This document shows, piece after piece, positions 38,220 to 48,212 of a DNA stretch of 48,212 nt. Below the pieces are notes generated by a model. The model was not told the origin of the DNA, did no database searches, and worked only from the letters and a program-made list of their open reading frames with translations. The stretch covers positions 1 through 48,212 of the forward strand of contig JAGGXC010000015.1 of assembly GCA_021163265.1 (NCBI GenBank). The letters run 5' to 3'. The first letter of the stretch is position 1. Each line of letters begins with the position of its first letter. Origin of the DNA: a bacterium. GTDB lineage: Bacteria; Patescibacteriota; Minisyncoccia; Minisyncoccales; JAGGXC01. The position numbers were made by a program, and so were the translations under genes.

Positions 38220-39917
38220 TTATACTTCTATTACTACAGGTAAAATCATTGGTCTGCGTTTAGTTTTCTTGAACAAAAAGGCTCCAATTTGTTTTTTTAT
38301 CTCATCTTTTATGTAAATCCAGTTGACAGTAGCTCCTGATCCTGTTGCTTTACTTACAATTCTTACTACTTTTTTTCTTGCTTCCTTTAGCAAATCTTTT
38401 GATTCCTTTAGGTAAACAAACCCTCTTGATATTATATCAGGAGAACCTTTAACTTTTCCAGTTTTTCTGTCCACTGCGGCAATAATAACAAACATTCCTC
38501 CGTTAGCAAGAGTTTGTCGGTCGCGCAAGACAATATCTCCAACATCTCCAATACCTAACCCATCTACCATTACATAATTTGCTGGCACTTCCTCTTTTGT
38601 GAGACGGATTCTTTCTGGGGTAAGTTCAATAACTTGTCCATTTTCAGCTACAACAATATTTTTTTCTTTAATTTTTTCTTCTTTTGCAAGCTGTGCGTGA
38701 GCGACAAGCATGGAATATTGACCGTGAATAGGCATAAAGAATTTAGGTTTCATAATTCTTATCATTTTCTTTAATTCTTCTTGTTGAGCATGTCCTCCAG
38801 CATGAATGTCCATCATTTTGTAATGGAAAACTATTGCCCCTTGTCTTAAAATATTATCTTTTAGAAATTGCACTGTTCTTTCATTGCCTGGTATCACAGA
38901 GGAAGAGAAAATTACTGAATCTCCTTTCTTTATTTTAAGAAATGGATATTCTCCGTTAGCTATTCTCATCAAAATTGCAGATTCTTCTCCTTGAGCGCCT
39001 GTACAAAGAAAAGTAATTCTTGAGTCTGGATATTTTTTGATTTCTTTGGGACTAATCAATGTTCCCCTCTGAGTTTTAATGTATCTTAGATTTCTACAGA
39101 TTTCTACATTCATTTTCATTGTATATCCGTCTATAGCTACTTTCCTTCTGTATTTCTCTGAAAGAGTTATAATTTGTTGGATGCGATTTATTAACGAGCT
39201 AAAAGTAGCAGCAATAATTCGTCCTTTTGAATTTTTAAAGATTTCTTCCAAATTTTGAAATATCTGTTTTTCTGAGAGAGAATGTCCTTCCTCTTCGGCT
39301 CCTGTTGAGTCAGACATTAAAAGAAGTACTCCTCTTTTTCCTAATTCTTTCAGTCTGTTAAAGTCGGTAGGAGTATCATTGATAGGATTTTTATCAAATT
39401 TGAAATCAGAAGTGTTTACTATATTTCCTACCGGAGTTTCAATGAATAGTCCGAAGTTGTCAGGGATGTTGTGATTTTGATGGAAGAATTCTATTTTGAA
39501 TGGTCCTAAATTTATCTTTGTTTTGTCTTTGATCTCAGTTATATCAAGGGGAGCAAGATGAGGAAAATCTGCTTGCCTTTTTAAAATAATACCTGTTGTG
39601 AGCTTTGAGGCGTATAGAGGTGGATATCCTAACCTGTCAATCAAGTAAGGAATAGCTCCAATGTGATCATAATGTCCATGAGTGAACACTGCTCCTACTA
39701 TTCTTTCTTGTTTTCCTTCAAGATAAGAAATATTAGGGATGATATAGTCAATTCCTAACATTTCTTCTTCTGGCAATCTGAATCCCATGTCAATGATTAA
39801 AATATCTTTTCTATATTCCAAAAGCATCATATTACGACCAACTTCTCCGAGTCCTCCTAAAGGAATGATTCGTAGCGATTGAGTTTTTCTTACTTTTTTC
39901 TTTCTTGTTTTTTTCAT
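38220..39917 (-). CDS. rnj: Ribonuclease J
   Basis: IPLGGLGEVGRN, THGHYDHIG, GAQGE, IHAGGH, PIHG, RRPMILPV. Confidence 0.96.
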   Translation of the reverse strand: MKKTRKKKVRKTQSLRIIPLGGLGEVGRNMMLLEYRKDILIIDMGFRLPEEEMLGIDYIIPNISYLEGKQERIVGAVFTHGHYDHIGAIPYLIDRLGYPPLYASKLTTGIILKRQADFPHLAPLDITEIKDKTKINLGPFKIEFFHQNHNIPDNFGLFIETPVGNIVNTSDFKFDKNPINDTPTDFNRLKELGKRGVLLLMSDSTGAEEEGHSLSEKQIFQNLEEIFKNSKGRIIAATFSSLINRIQQIITLSEKYRRKVAIDGYTMKMNVEICRNLRYIKTQRGTLISPKEIKKYPDSRITFLCTGAQGEESAILMRIANGEYPFLKIKKGDSVIFSSSVIPGNERTVQFLKDNILRQGAIVFHYKMMDIHAGGHAQQEELKKMIRIMKPKFFMPIHGQYSMLVAHAQLAKEEKIKEKNIVVAENGQVIELTPERIRLTKEEVPANYVMVDGLGIGDVGDIVLRDRQTLANGGMFVIIAAVDRKTGKVKGSPDIISRGFVYLKESKDLLKEARKKVVRIVSKATGSGATVNWIYIKDEIKKQIGAFLFKKTKRRPMILPVVIEV

Positions 39918-39993
39918 GGTTTTCTTTCTGATTAATTTATTGATTAAAAACGATATCTGTCAGATCAGTTTAGTTTTGGATAGAGAATCAATG

Positions 39994-40077
39994 TGCCGGG
40001 GGTGGGATTCGAACCCACAAGCGACTAATCGCACACGGTCCTGAACCGTGCGTGTCTACCAATTCCACCACCCCGGC
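39994..40077 (-). tRNA. tRNA-Leu (anticodon CAG)
   Basis: GCCGGGG acceptor stem, CACGG-TTCAGGA-CCGTG anticodon arm, long variable arm, GTTCGAATC; CCA not encoded. Confidence 0.96.
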
Positions 40078-40099
40078 GAAATTCAAAAAGATAAATAAG

Positions 40100-42121
40100 T
40101 TATTTTTTTAAGAAATTCCAGACTCTTTTTGTGGTTATATACCAGTTATTGATTCCAAGAAATCGTTTTGACAGATCGGTAATAAATTTTATTTTCTGGA
40201 CTCCTTTAATTTTGTTGTTTGTAAAATAAACATAATCTGGACTGTAAAGAAATACTGCAGGGGCGTCTTCTAATAGAATGTCTTGAAGTTTTTCGAGGTT
40301 TTCCTTTTGGATGTTTGAATCAGATGTTTCTCTGATTTTTTCTAATAATATATCTGCTTGTTTATTCTCATATATTGCAAGGTTGAGACCCGGATCTTTT
40401 TTCTGAGAGGAATGCCAGAAAGGAAAAGGGTCTGGAATTGATCTTAAGGCTTCACCAAAAAGAATACTTTGATAATTTCTTGGTTTTATGAAATCTGTCT
40501 CTAGAGTATTAAGGTCAACAGTTTTTATTTCTAGATTAACTCCTATCTTCTGCCATTGTTCTTTGAGCATCTGAGCTACTTTTATGAGCTGATCCTGATT
40601 GACTGTCACAAGAGAAAAAGTCAAAGGAATCGTTTCTTCTGGCGGAGGAAAGCAGATCTCATTAAGTTTTTTTCTAGTAGATTTACCAACTCTTCCGGTG
40701 CCTGAACTAAGACCAAGGGGTTCAAGAATGTCAGATGCGTATTTTTCTTGAAATTTTATTACAGCCTGTTTTGTTTTTTGACCGAAATAACCTGTTACTT
40801 TTCCTTCTGGGTAGACCTCAGGATCCTTTGCTAAGCATTTCTGGAGTTCTTGGACTTCTGTTCCTTCGCTACCCACTTTAAGTGTTGATTTGAACTGAAA
40901 AGCAGGTTCTTTTTTGATGTGTTTTTCTCTGAATCCGTCACCATCATAGTCTTTAAATCCTGTCTCTTCTAAAAGTTCTATAGCTTTCTTAAGATCAAAG
41001 TTGTAAGTAACGGAAGGAGTGGCAAATTCATAAATCTCTGGCATTAACGGAGAATCTATTTTCTTGCCATACCCTGATAATACCTCTTCTATAATAGCTT
41101 CTTTATCTGTTGCTAAGTTTAGAGCTTTTCTTATATTTTGGTCTTCTAAGATTTTTGCTTTCTGAGGGTTGAAAAACACAGCGAAGTAACGCGGTGAAAT
41201 ATAGGAATGTAGAGAAAAAATTCTAGGAACCTCTTTTATGTTTTCGAAATTAGAAAGAGAAAAGCTATCTATTTCTCCTCTTTTTGCTGCTTGTAATAAT
41301 TCTTTTTCTGTCTTGAAAAATTTAAACTGGATTTCTGGAATATAAGAAGGAGTTAAATAATTTTCATCTTTTTTTAACGTTATAGATTCTATAAAACCAG
41401 TTTTTGGATCCTTTTTGATTGATTCTACCTTGTAAGGTCCTGATCCTACCGGTTGTAAATTATGTAAGGTATCAAGAGGAAATTTTTCAGGAGAGATATT
41501 TTGCCAAATATGTTTTGGAAGAATTTTCAATGTTGTAGCTTCAAGAAAGACGGGAGAAGCTTTTTGAAGTTTAAATCTTAGTTTGTATTCAGAGATTTTT
41601 TCGACGTCAATACCTAACCACTCTGCTCTTAATGGACTCCTATAATCAGAATTCTGAACAGTTTTGACAGTAAAGATAATGTCATCGACCGTGACTTTTT
41701 CTCCGTCTGACCAGAAAACATTGTCTTTTATAGAAAATTCATAAATCTTTCCATTTTCTTTAATTTCTAGATCTTTAGCTAAGTCTTTGACAATCTTTCC
41801 TTCTTGGTTGTATTTCATTAAAGATGGAAAAAGAATTTCCACAAGATCTCTATCAACATCATTTAAAGGAGCGTATATAGGATTAATGAGGGCTGGTTGC
41901 CCCACAATTCCTTCTATAAAAAATCCTCCTTCTGTTGGTACTATGCTACTATGGTTAATGTAAAATTTGTGAGCAAGGAACGTGCTTGAGGAGATTGCTA
42001 GTATTGCAAACAAAAAAAGTAGCCGTTTTTCATTTTTGCTAAGAACATTGAAGAGCTTCCCCCATTGTTTTAAAGTAGGGAAGGCGAAAAGAGGTTTACG
42101 ATGTGATTCTCTATGATTCAT
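40100..42121 (-). CDS. Family 5 (OppA/DppA-like) solute-binding protein with an inserted peptidoglycan-binding domain
   Basis: ATG 42121 overlaps the secG stop; N-terminal TM, WSDGEKVTVDDIIFT, PVGSGPY, IRKALN; insert LKVGSEGTEVQELQKCL..TGYFGQKTKQAVIKFQ. Confidence 0.88.
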   Translation of the reverse strand: MNHRESHRKPLFAFPTLKQWGKLFNVLSKNEKRLLFLFAILAISSSTFLAHKFYINHSSIVPTEGGFFIEGIVGQPALINPIYAPLNDVDRDLVEILFPSLMKYNQEGKIVKDLAKDLEIKENGKIYEFSIKDNVFWSDGEKVTVDDIIFTVKTVQNSDYRSPLRAEWLGIDVEKISEYKLRFKLQKASPVFLEATTLKILPKHIWQNISPEKFPLDTLHNLQPVGSGPYKVESIKKDPKTGFIESITLKKDENYLTPSYIPEIQFKFFKTEKELLQAAKRGEIDSFSLSNFENIKEVPRIFSLHSYISPRYFAVFFNPQKAKILEDQNIRKALNLATDKEAIIEEVLSGYGKKIDSPLMPEIYEFATPSVTYNFDLKKAIELLEETGFKDYDGDGFREKHIKKEPAFQFKSTLKVGSEGTEVQELQKCLAKDPEVYPEGKVTGYFGQKTKQAVIKFQEKYASDILEPLGLSSGTGRVGKSTRKKLNEICFPPPEETIPLTFSLVTVNQDQLIKVAQMLKEQWQKIGVNLEIKTVDLNTLETDFIKPRNYQSILFGEALRSIPDPFPFWHSSQKKDPGLNLAIYENKQADILLEKIRETSDSNIQKENLEKLQDILLEDAPAVFLYSPDYVYFTNNKIKGVQKIKFITDLSKRFLGINNWYITTKRVWNFLKK

Positions 42122-42333
42122 TGAATAGTGAGATTCAGTAAAGCCAGAATAATAAATACTGCTCCCAAGAAAATAGTAGCCCAAAACATTTTTTTCTGTA
42201 TTCCTCTTCTTGTTGAATAAAATTCTCCTCCACCACCGAAGGCAGAACCTAAAGCAGTGCCTCTTTGTTGGAGAAGAATAAGAACAATCAGGATTGTGCA
42301 AACAATTATTTGAATTAAAGGTAAATAAGTCAT
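42118..42333 (-). CDS. secG: Preprotein translocase subunit SecG
   Basis: Two TMs flanking LILLQQRGTALGSAFGGG..TRRG. Confidence 0.9.
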   Translation of the reverse strand: MTYLPLIQIIVCTILIVLILLQQRGTALGSAFGGGGEFYSTRRGIQKKMFWATIFLGAVFIILALLNLTIQ

Positions 42334-42345
42334 ATCAATTAAATA

Positions 42346-42696
42346 TTATAGACGCGAGGCTATTATGCTAATAATCCATACTATTAAAGTAGTCCAGAGA
42401 AGAGGGAAAAGTCCAACAATGTTTAGTTCTTTGAAAAGAATGTCTATTGTCCAAACTATTCCTGTATTAATTAAAAAACCAAATAGTCCCAAAGTTAATA
42501 TTCTTAAAGGTAAAGTAATTAAATCAAGTATTGGCTTAATAAAAAAATTTATCAAACCAAGAGCTACACCTATGATAAGGAGATCTTGTAAAGATCCAGT
42601 AAAAATTACTCCTTCAATAAACTCTTTTGCTAACCATATTCCTACAGTGCCGGCGATAATCTGAAGAATAAGTTTCCTTCCTTTATCAGCTATCAT
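42346..42696 (-). CDS. Four-TM phage holin family (YvlD-like) membrane protein
   Basis: GLINFFIKPIL..ITLPLRILTLGLFGFLIN signature. Confidence 0.85.
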   Translation of the reverse strand: MIADKGRKLILQIIAGTVGIWLAKEFIEGVIFTGSLQDLLIIGVALGLINFFIKPILDLITLPLRILTLGLFGFLINTGIVWTIDILFKELNIVGLFPLLWTTLIVWIISIIASRL

Positions 42697-42775
42697 AAGA
42701 TGAAAGTAGGTAATAAATAATCATATCAAAACTTTTATCATTTTGCAATATAGTCTGTCAAGTATTCTGGAGGAC

Positions 42776-42804
42776 TTGACAAAAAAAATACGAAAAATTA
42801 AAAT
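42776..42804 (+). promoter_or_regulatory. Sigma70 promoter of groESL
   Basis: TTGACA 42776-42781, 17 bp spacer, TAAAAT 42799-42804. Confidence 0.8.
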
Positions 42805-42810
42805 ACTTAA

Positions 42811-42837
42811 TTAGCACTCTCGTAATGTGTTTGCTAA
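42811..42837 (+). promoter_or_regulatory. CIRCE element (HrcA operator), degenerate right arm
   Basis: TTAGCACTC-N9-GTTTGCTAA versus consensus TTAGCACTC-N9-GAGTGCTAA, located at the predicted +1 of groES. Confidence 0.85.
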
Positions 42838-42892
42838 AATTAAAAAGGTCGTTTAAAAAAGAAAGAAAAAAGAAAATATAATAATAAATTAT

Positions 42893-44811
<1,919 letters not shown>

Positions 44812-44825
44812 ATGATATAGATTAA

Positions 44826-45380
44826 ATGGAAATTATTCTTCCCAAACAAGTAGGAACAAAAGAAGGAGAATTACTCTTTGAGAAATCAGAAGATGTAGAA
44901 AGTTTTCAGGAGGGACGAGAAATCGTCACTTTGCTTAAGAAGAGTCTTGATTACTACGGAGGGGTAGGATTAGCTGCTCCTCAGATTGGAATTCAGAAAC
45001 GGGTTTTCATTGTAGATATCAAAGAAACAGAGAGATACGGAGAAAAATACCCTCAGTTAAAAGAGATAGGTTTTGTAGCTTATATTAATCCTATTATTTC
45101 AGATTTGTCAGAGGAAAAGAACAAAGGAATGGAGGGATGTTTAAGTGTGATTTATGGTTCTTTGTTTGGAGCAGTAGAGAGATCGGATTCCTTGAAGATA
45201 GAGTATTTTGATGAGCAAGGTAAAAAACATACTGAAGAAATTAGAAATCCTTTTCATGCGCGAGTGATTCAGCATGAGTTTGATCACTTGGAAGGGATAA
45301 TTTTTCTTCAACGCATGAATAGAGAAGATTTTTCTACACTTTTGTGGGAAGAAGAAAGAGATATTAGAAAGCAAAGATAA
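44826..45380 (+). CDS. def: Peptide deformylase
   Basis: GVGLAAPQIG, EGCLSV, QHEFDHLEG. Confidence 0.95.
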   Translation: MEIILPKQVGTKEGELLFEKSEDVESFQEGREIVTLLKKSLDYYGGVGLAAPQIGIQKRVFIVDIKETERYGEKYPQLKEIGFVAYINPIISDLSEEKNKGMEGCLSVIYGSLFGAVERSDSLKIEYFDEQGKKHTEEIRNPFHARVIQHEFDHLEGIIFLQRMNREDFSTLLWEEERDIRKQR

Positions 45381-45401
45381 ATAATTAGTTTCTGGTTTTT
45401 T

Positions 45402-45446
45402 TCAATACCAAAGCCGGCTGTGAGAATCAGCCGGCTTTGGTATTGA
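45402..45446. repeat. Perfect 19-bp inverted repeat overlapping a downstream -35 box
   Basis: TCAATACCAAAGCCGGCTG-tgagaat-CAGCCGGCTTTGGTATTGA; TTGACA 45443-45448, 16 bp spacer, TAGAAT 45465-45470. Confidence 0.9.
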
Positions 45447-45521
45447 CAGAAAACAGTTTATTTTTAGAATAAGCAAGGAGGTGTTTGTATAGAAGAGAAA
45501 TTTGTTCCTGTACATGAGAAA

Positions 45522-46268
45522 GTGATAGAGATTCTAGAGACTACCGAAGATTACAACGAAGTAGTGATATTGGCTAAATTGTATGCCCAGCAAGTGAAGG
45601 TGCCGCTTTCAGGAATAGTAGAACTATGGAGAGCTTTTGATAAATGGAGAACCCGGATTCCTAAAGAAAAGAAAGAAATTATTGATCAGCTGACTAGTAC
45701 TATAGAAATCCTAAGACAGCAAGGTAAAGAGGAATTGAATAGAATATCTCAGGAAAAGATGGCTCAGAGGATAAGAAGAAAAAAAGGCTTTATCTTGCTC
45801 GAAGATGCTTTAGCTGCTATTGAAAAAGTTGTTCAAGAAGCAAAGAAAGATATAAGTTCCAGATATGGCGGACCTATAGCGGTAGTTGTAATGGGAGTAA
45901 ATTTCAAAGTTATTGCTATGGAAGCTATGGAGGAAGTGATGCCGATTTCTGCCGACCTCTGTGTTAAGAAAGCTTATACTGCTCTTGCAGGAAAGGAAGA
46001 TACTCTTGAGTGGGAGAAAGAAGAGAAAAAAGGATTAGATGGTCGCAATTTTGGAGATCCTAACTGGGTTTGTTTCGGTGGCGGCGTGCCAGTTAAAAAA
46101 ACCAATGGTCAAGTTATTGGTGCTGTAGGAGTAAGCGGACGCTATTCAAGCAAAGCAAGTATTTCCTTACAAGAAGGTGAAGAGATGCAACAATTAAAAA
46201 GCTTTCCTCTTCAAGATCACGAATTAGCGAAAATCGGCGCAGAATACCTTGAAGATCTTTATAAATAA
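45522..46268 (+). CDS. GlcG/HbpS (DUF336) heme-binding-like protein with an N-terminal helical extension
   Basis: PIAVVV, KKAYTA, FGGGVPV..GQVIGAVGVSG, DHELA; start uncertain (in-frame ATA at 45489). Confidence 0.8.
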   Translation: MIEILETTEDYNEVVILAKLYAQQVKVPLSGIVELWRAFDKWRTRIPKEKKEIIDQLTSTIEILRQQGKEELNRISQEKMAQRIRRKKGFILLEDALAAIEKVVQEAKKDISSRYGGPIAVVVMGVNFKVIAMEAMEEVMPISADLCVKKAYTALAGKEDTLEWEKEEKKGLDGRNFGDPNWVCFGGGVPVKKTNGQVIGAVGVSGRYSSKASISLQEGEEMQQLKSFPLQDHELAKIGAEYLEDLYK

Positions 46269-46290
46269 AAATGAATAAAAATTTAAATAT

Positions 46291-46320
46291 GAGGCAATAT
46301 TTTTCTTTGCCTCCTTTTTA
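46291..46320 (+). terminator. Probable intrinsic terminator
   Basis: GAGGCAA/TTGCCTC stem followed by CTTTTTA. Confidence 0.55.
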
Positions 46321-46349
46321 TTGAAAGATAAGCTGAATTAGATTAGAAT
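46321..46349 (+). promoter_or_regulatory. Putative promoter of lemA-htpX
   Basis: TTGAAA, 17 bp spacer, TAGAAT. Confidence 0.55.
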
Positions 46350-46415
46350 AAAAACAATGAACACAAAAGGTCATTAAATATTTTAGAAAAACAAATAAAA
46401 TTAATAAATAAAAAT

Positions 46416-46976
46416 ATGAAAATTATAGGTATAATTATAGGAGTAATACTTTTAGGAATAGCTGGCTGGATAATTGGGACCTACAATCGTTTAGTTACTT
46501 TACGCAATCGGGCAAAAGAAGCATGGGCAGATATTGAAGTTCAGTTGAAAAGAAGATATAATTTGATACCTAATTTGGTAGAAACAGTGAAAGGATATGC
46601 TACTCACGAAAAGGAGTTATTTGAGAAGGTAACAGAAGCTCGAACTAAAGCAATAACTGCAGGCACAATGAGAGAAAAAGCAGAGGCAGAAAATGCGCTT
46701 ACCTCAACTCTAAAATCTTTGTTTGCTGTAGTAGAGAATTATCCCAATCTTCAAGCTTCTAAAAACTTTTTAGAACTTCAAGAAGAATTGAGAGACACTG
46801 AAGATAAAATTCAAGCAGCGCGCAGATTCTACAATACCAATGTAAGGGATCTAAACATCAAAATAGAAACCTTTCCTTCGAATATTATTGCTCAATGGTT
46901 TGGTTTTAAGAAAATGGAATTTTTTGAAATTGAGGAAGGATCTGTTGCACGCGAGCCTGTAAAAGTAAAATTCTAA
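46416..46976 (+). CDS. lemA: LemA family protein
   Basis: [45 protein letters not shown]. Confidence 0.96.
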   Translation: MKIIGIIIGVILLGIAGWIIGTYNRLVTLRNRAKEAWADIEVQLKRRYNLIPNLVETVKGYATHEKELFEKVTEARTKAITAGTMREKAEAENALTSTLKSLFAVVENYPNLQASKNFLELQEELRDTEDKIQAARRFYNTNVRDLNIKIETFPSNIIAQWFGFKKMEFFEIEEGSVAREPVKVKF

Positions 46977-46986
46977 ATTCCAAAAT

Positions 46987-47886
46987 ATGGCAAACCTCTA
47001 CAATCTTGCAGAATCAAATACTCGCAAGACTTATTTGCTGATGACTTTCTTCTTGATTTTTATTATTTTTCTTGGTTGGCTTATTTCCTATATTTTAGGA
47101 AGCTATCTTATATTGGTAGGAGCAGTTATTCTTAGTCTTCTGATGAATATCGGAAGTTATTGGTATTCTGACAAGATAGTTTTGGCAATGACACATGCTA
47201 GACTTGTAAAGAAGGAAGATAATCCTGAGCTTTATCGAATTGTAGAGAATCTTTGTATTACTGCAGGTTTGCCTATGCCGAAGATTTATATTCTTGAGGA
47301 ATCACAGCCAAACGCTTTTGCTACAGGCCGTGATGCAGAGCATGCAGCAGTGGCAGTAACAAGAGGTCTCTTAGAAAAATTAGATAGAGCAGAATTAGAA
47401 GGAGTAATTTCTCATGAGCTTTCTCATATTAAAAATAGAGATATATTATTACAGACAGTAGTTGTTGTTCTTGCAGGATTGATTGCTTTGCTCTCTCATT
47501 GGTTTCTGCGAATTAGCTTCTGGGGTGGTGGAAGAAGAGAAAGAGGAAAAGGTGGAGCTATTCTTTATCTTATAGGGATTGTAGCTGCTTTGCTTGCTCC
47601 TTTAGCTGCTACTTTGATAAGATTGGCTATTTCAAGAAAGAGAGAATTTCTTGCTGATGCTTCCGGAGCTTTGCTTACTCGATATCCTGAAGGATTAGCT
47701 TCAGCGCTGGAGAAAATTGCTTCTGATCCTGCTCCGATGCAAGTAGCTAATAGTTCAGTGGCTCATCTTTTTATTGCTTCTCCTTTTAGAGGTAAAGAAT
47801 CAAAAAGTTGGTTTGTGAATCTTTTCAGAACCCATCCTCCAGTAGAGGAAAGAATAAAAGCCCTGCGGGGAATGCAGATCGATTAA
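46987..47886 (+). CDS. htpX: Zinc metalloprotease HtpX (M48)
   Basis: PNAFATG, HELSH, SRKREFLADA, THPPVEERI. Confidence 0.95.
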   Translation: MANLYNLAESNTRKTYLLMTFFLIFIIFLGWLISYILGSYLILVGAVILSLLMNIGSYWYSDKIVLAMTHARLVKKEDNPELYRIVENLCITAGLPMPKIYILEESQPNAFATGRDAEHAAVAVTRGLLEKLDRAELEGVISHELSHIKNRDILLQTVVVVLAGLIALLSHWFLRISFWGGGRRERGKGGAILYLIGIVAALLAPLAATLIRLAISRKREFLADASGALLTRYPEGLASALEKIASDPAPMQVANSSVAHLFIASPFRGKESKSWFVNLFRTHPPVEERIKALRGMQID

Positions 47887-47887
47887 A

Positions 47888-47977
47888 GGAAGGGTGCCGG
47901 AGTGGACTAACGGAACGGCCTGGAGAGCCGTGCCTCCTTTGTGGGGCTCGTGGGTTCGAATCCCACCCCTTCCGCCA
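47888..47977 (+). tRNA. tRNA-Ser (anticodon GGA)
   Basis: GGAAGGG/CCCTTCC acceptor stem, ACGGC-CTGGAGA-GCCGT anticodon arm, long variable arm, encoded CCA. Confidence 0.96.
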
Positions 47978-48124
47978 TTTTGTTAAGCTAGTAGAATCTG
48001 TCTAAAATTGAAAAACTGAATCAAAATCAGGGCTCTTGATATCAGAATCTTTGTCCTTGACAAACATCTTGTTTCGAATATTATAGAAATAAGCCTACTT
48101 TTTGATTAAGAAAATCGAAACAAT

Positions 48125-48212
48125 ATGACCAAAAAGGAAGTTGTTTGGCGAGAAATCTTATTTCAAGCCACGGAAAATAAAAAATTTGAATTCACTCAAA
48201 AAGAGTTAGCTC
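48125..48212 (+). CDS. Partial ORF, probable winged-HTH protein (runs off the window)
   Basis: MTKKEVVWREILFQATENKKFEFTQKELA; TQKELA resembles an HTH first helix; upstream TTGACA 48057 and TATTAT 48079. Confidence 0.5.
   Translation, partial: MTKKEVVWREILFQATENKKFEFTQKELA

Noticed and set aside
42122-42301. Extended start of the solute-binding protein
   Set aside because: It lies within secG in another frame; ATG 42121 fits translational coupling
42346-42696. Holin-family gene as evidence of a prophage
   Set aside because: No phage genes nearby; this family is commonly chromosomal and here sits in an operon with secG

Overview
Low-GC chromosomal segment that looks like a Patescibacteria (CPR, Parcubacteria-like) genome: compact rpoBC, a type IV pilus locus without a secretin, AT-rich starts mostly lacking Shine-Dalgarno sites, and standard code 11. 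From left to right it holds: (1) a type IV pilus operon (pilM-N-O, a PilP-like stub, pilB, a receiver protein, pilT, pilC, major pilin, pilD, four minor pilins); (2) ligA and rodA; (3) a six-gene cell-surface cluster at 14354-23276; (4) housekeeping genes rpoB, rpoC, ftsK, recA, rpsR-ssb-rpsF-ychF, a phosphomannomutase, trpS, rnj, tRNA-Leu, an orphan solute-binding protein with an inserted peptidoglycan-binding domain, secG, groES/groEL with a CIRCE element, def, a GlcG/HbpS-like protein, lemA-htpX and tRNA-Ser. The most interesting signal is the four-gene module at 16589-23276. A large adhesin-like protein and a small secreted protein share a 6-Cys C-terminal module. The small protein and a membrane-anchored FN3 protein share the N-terminal motif LKxVLA|xTIxxSVT. 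A membrane-tethered DUF916/PapD-like protein lies between them. I infer an usher-less, sortase-less donor-strand fibre (tip, shaft, chaperone, anchor). All family calls are by motif recognition; no database searches were run.
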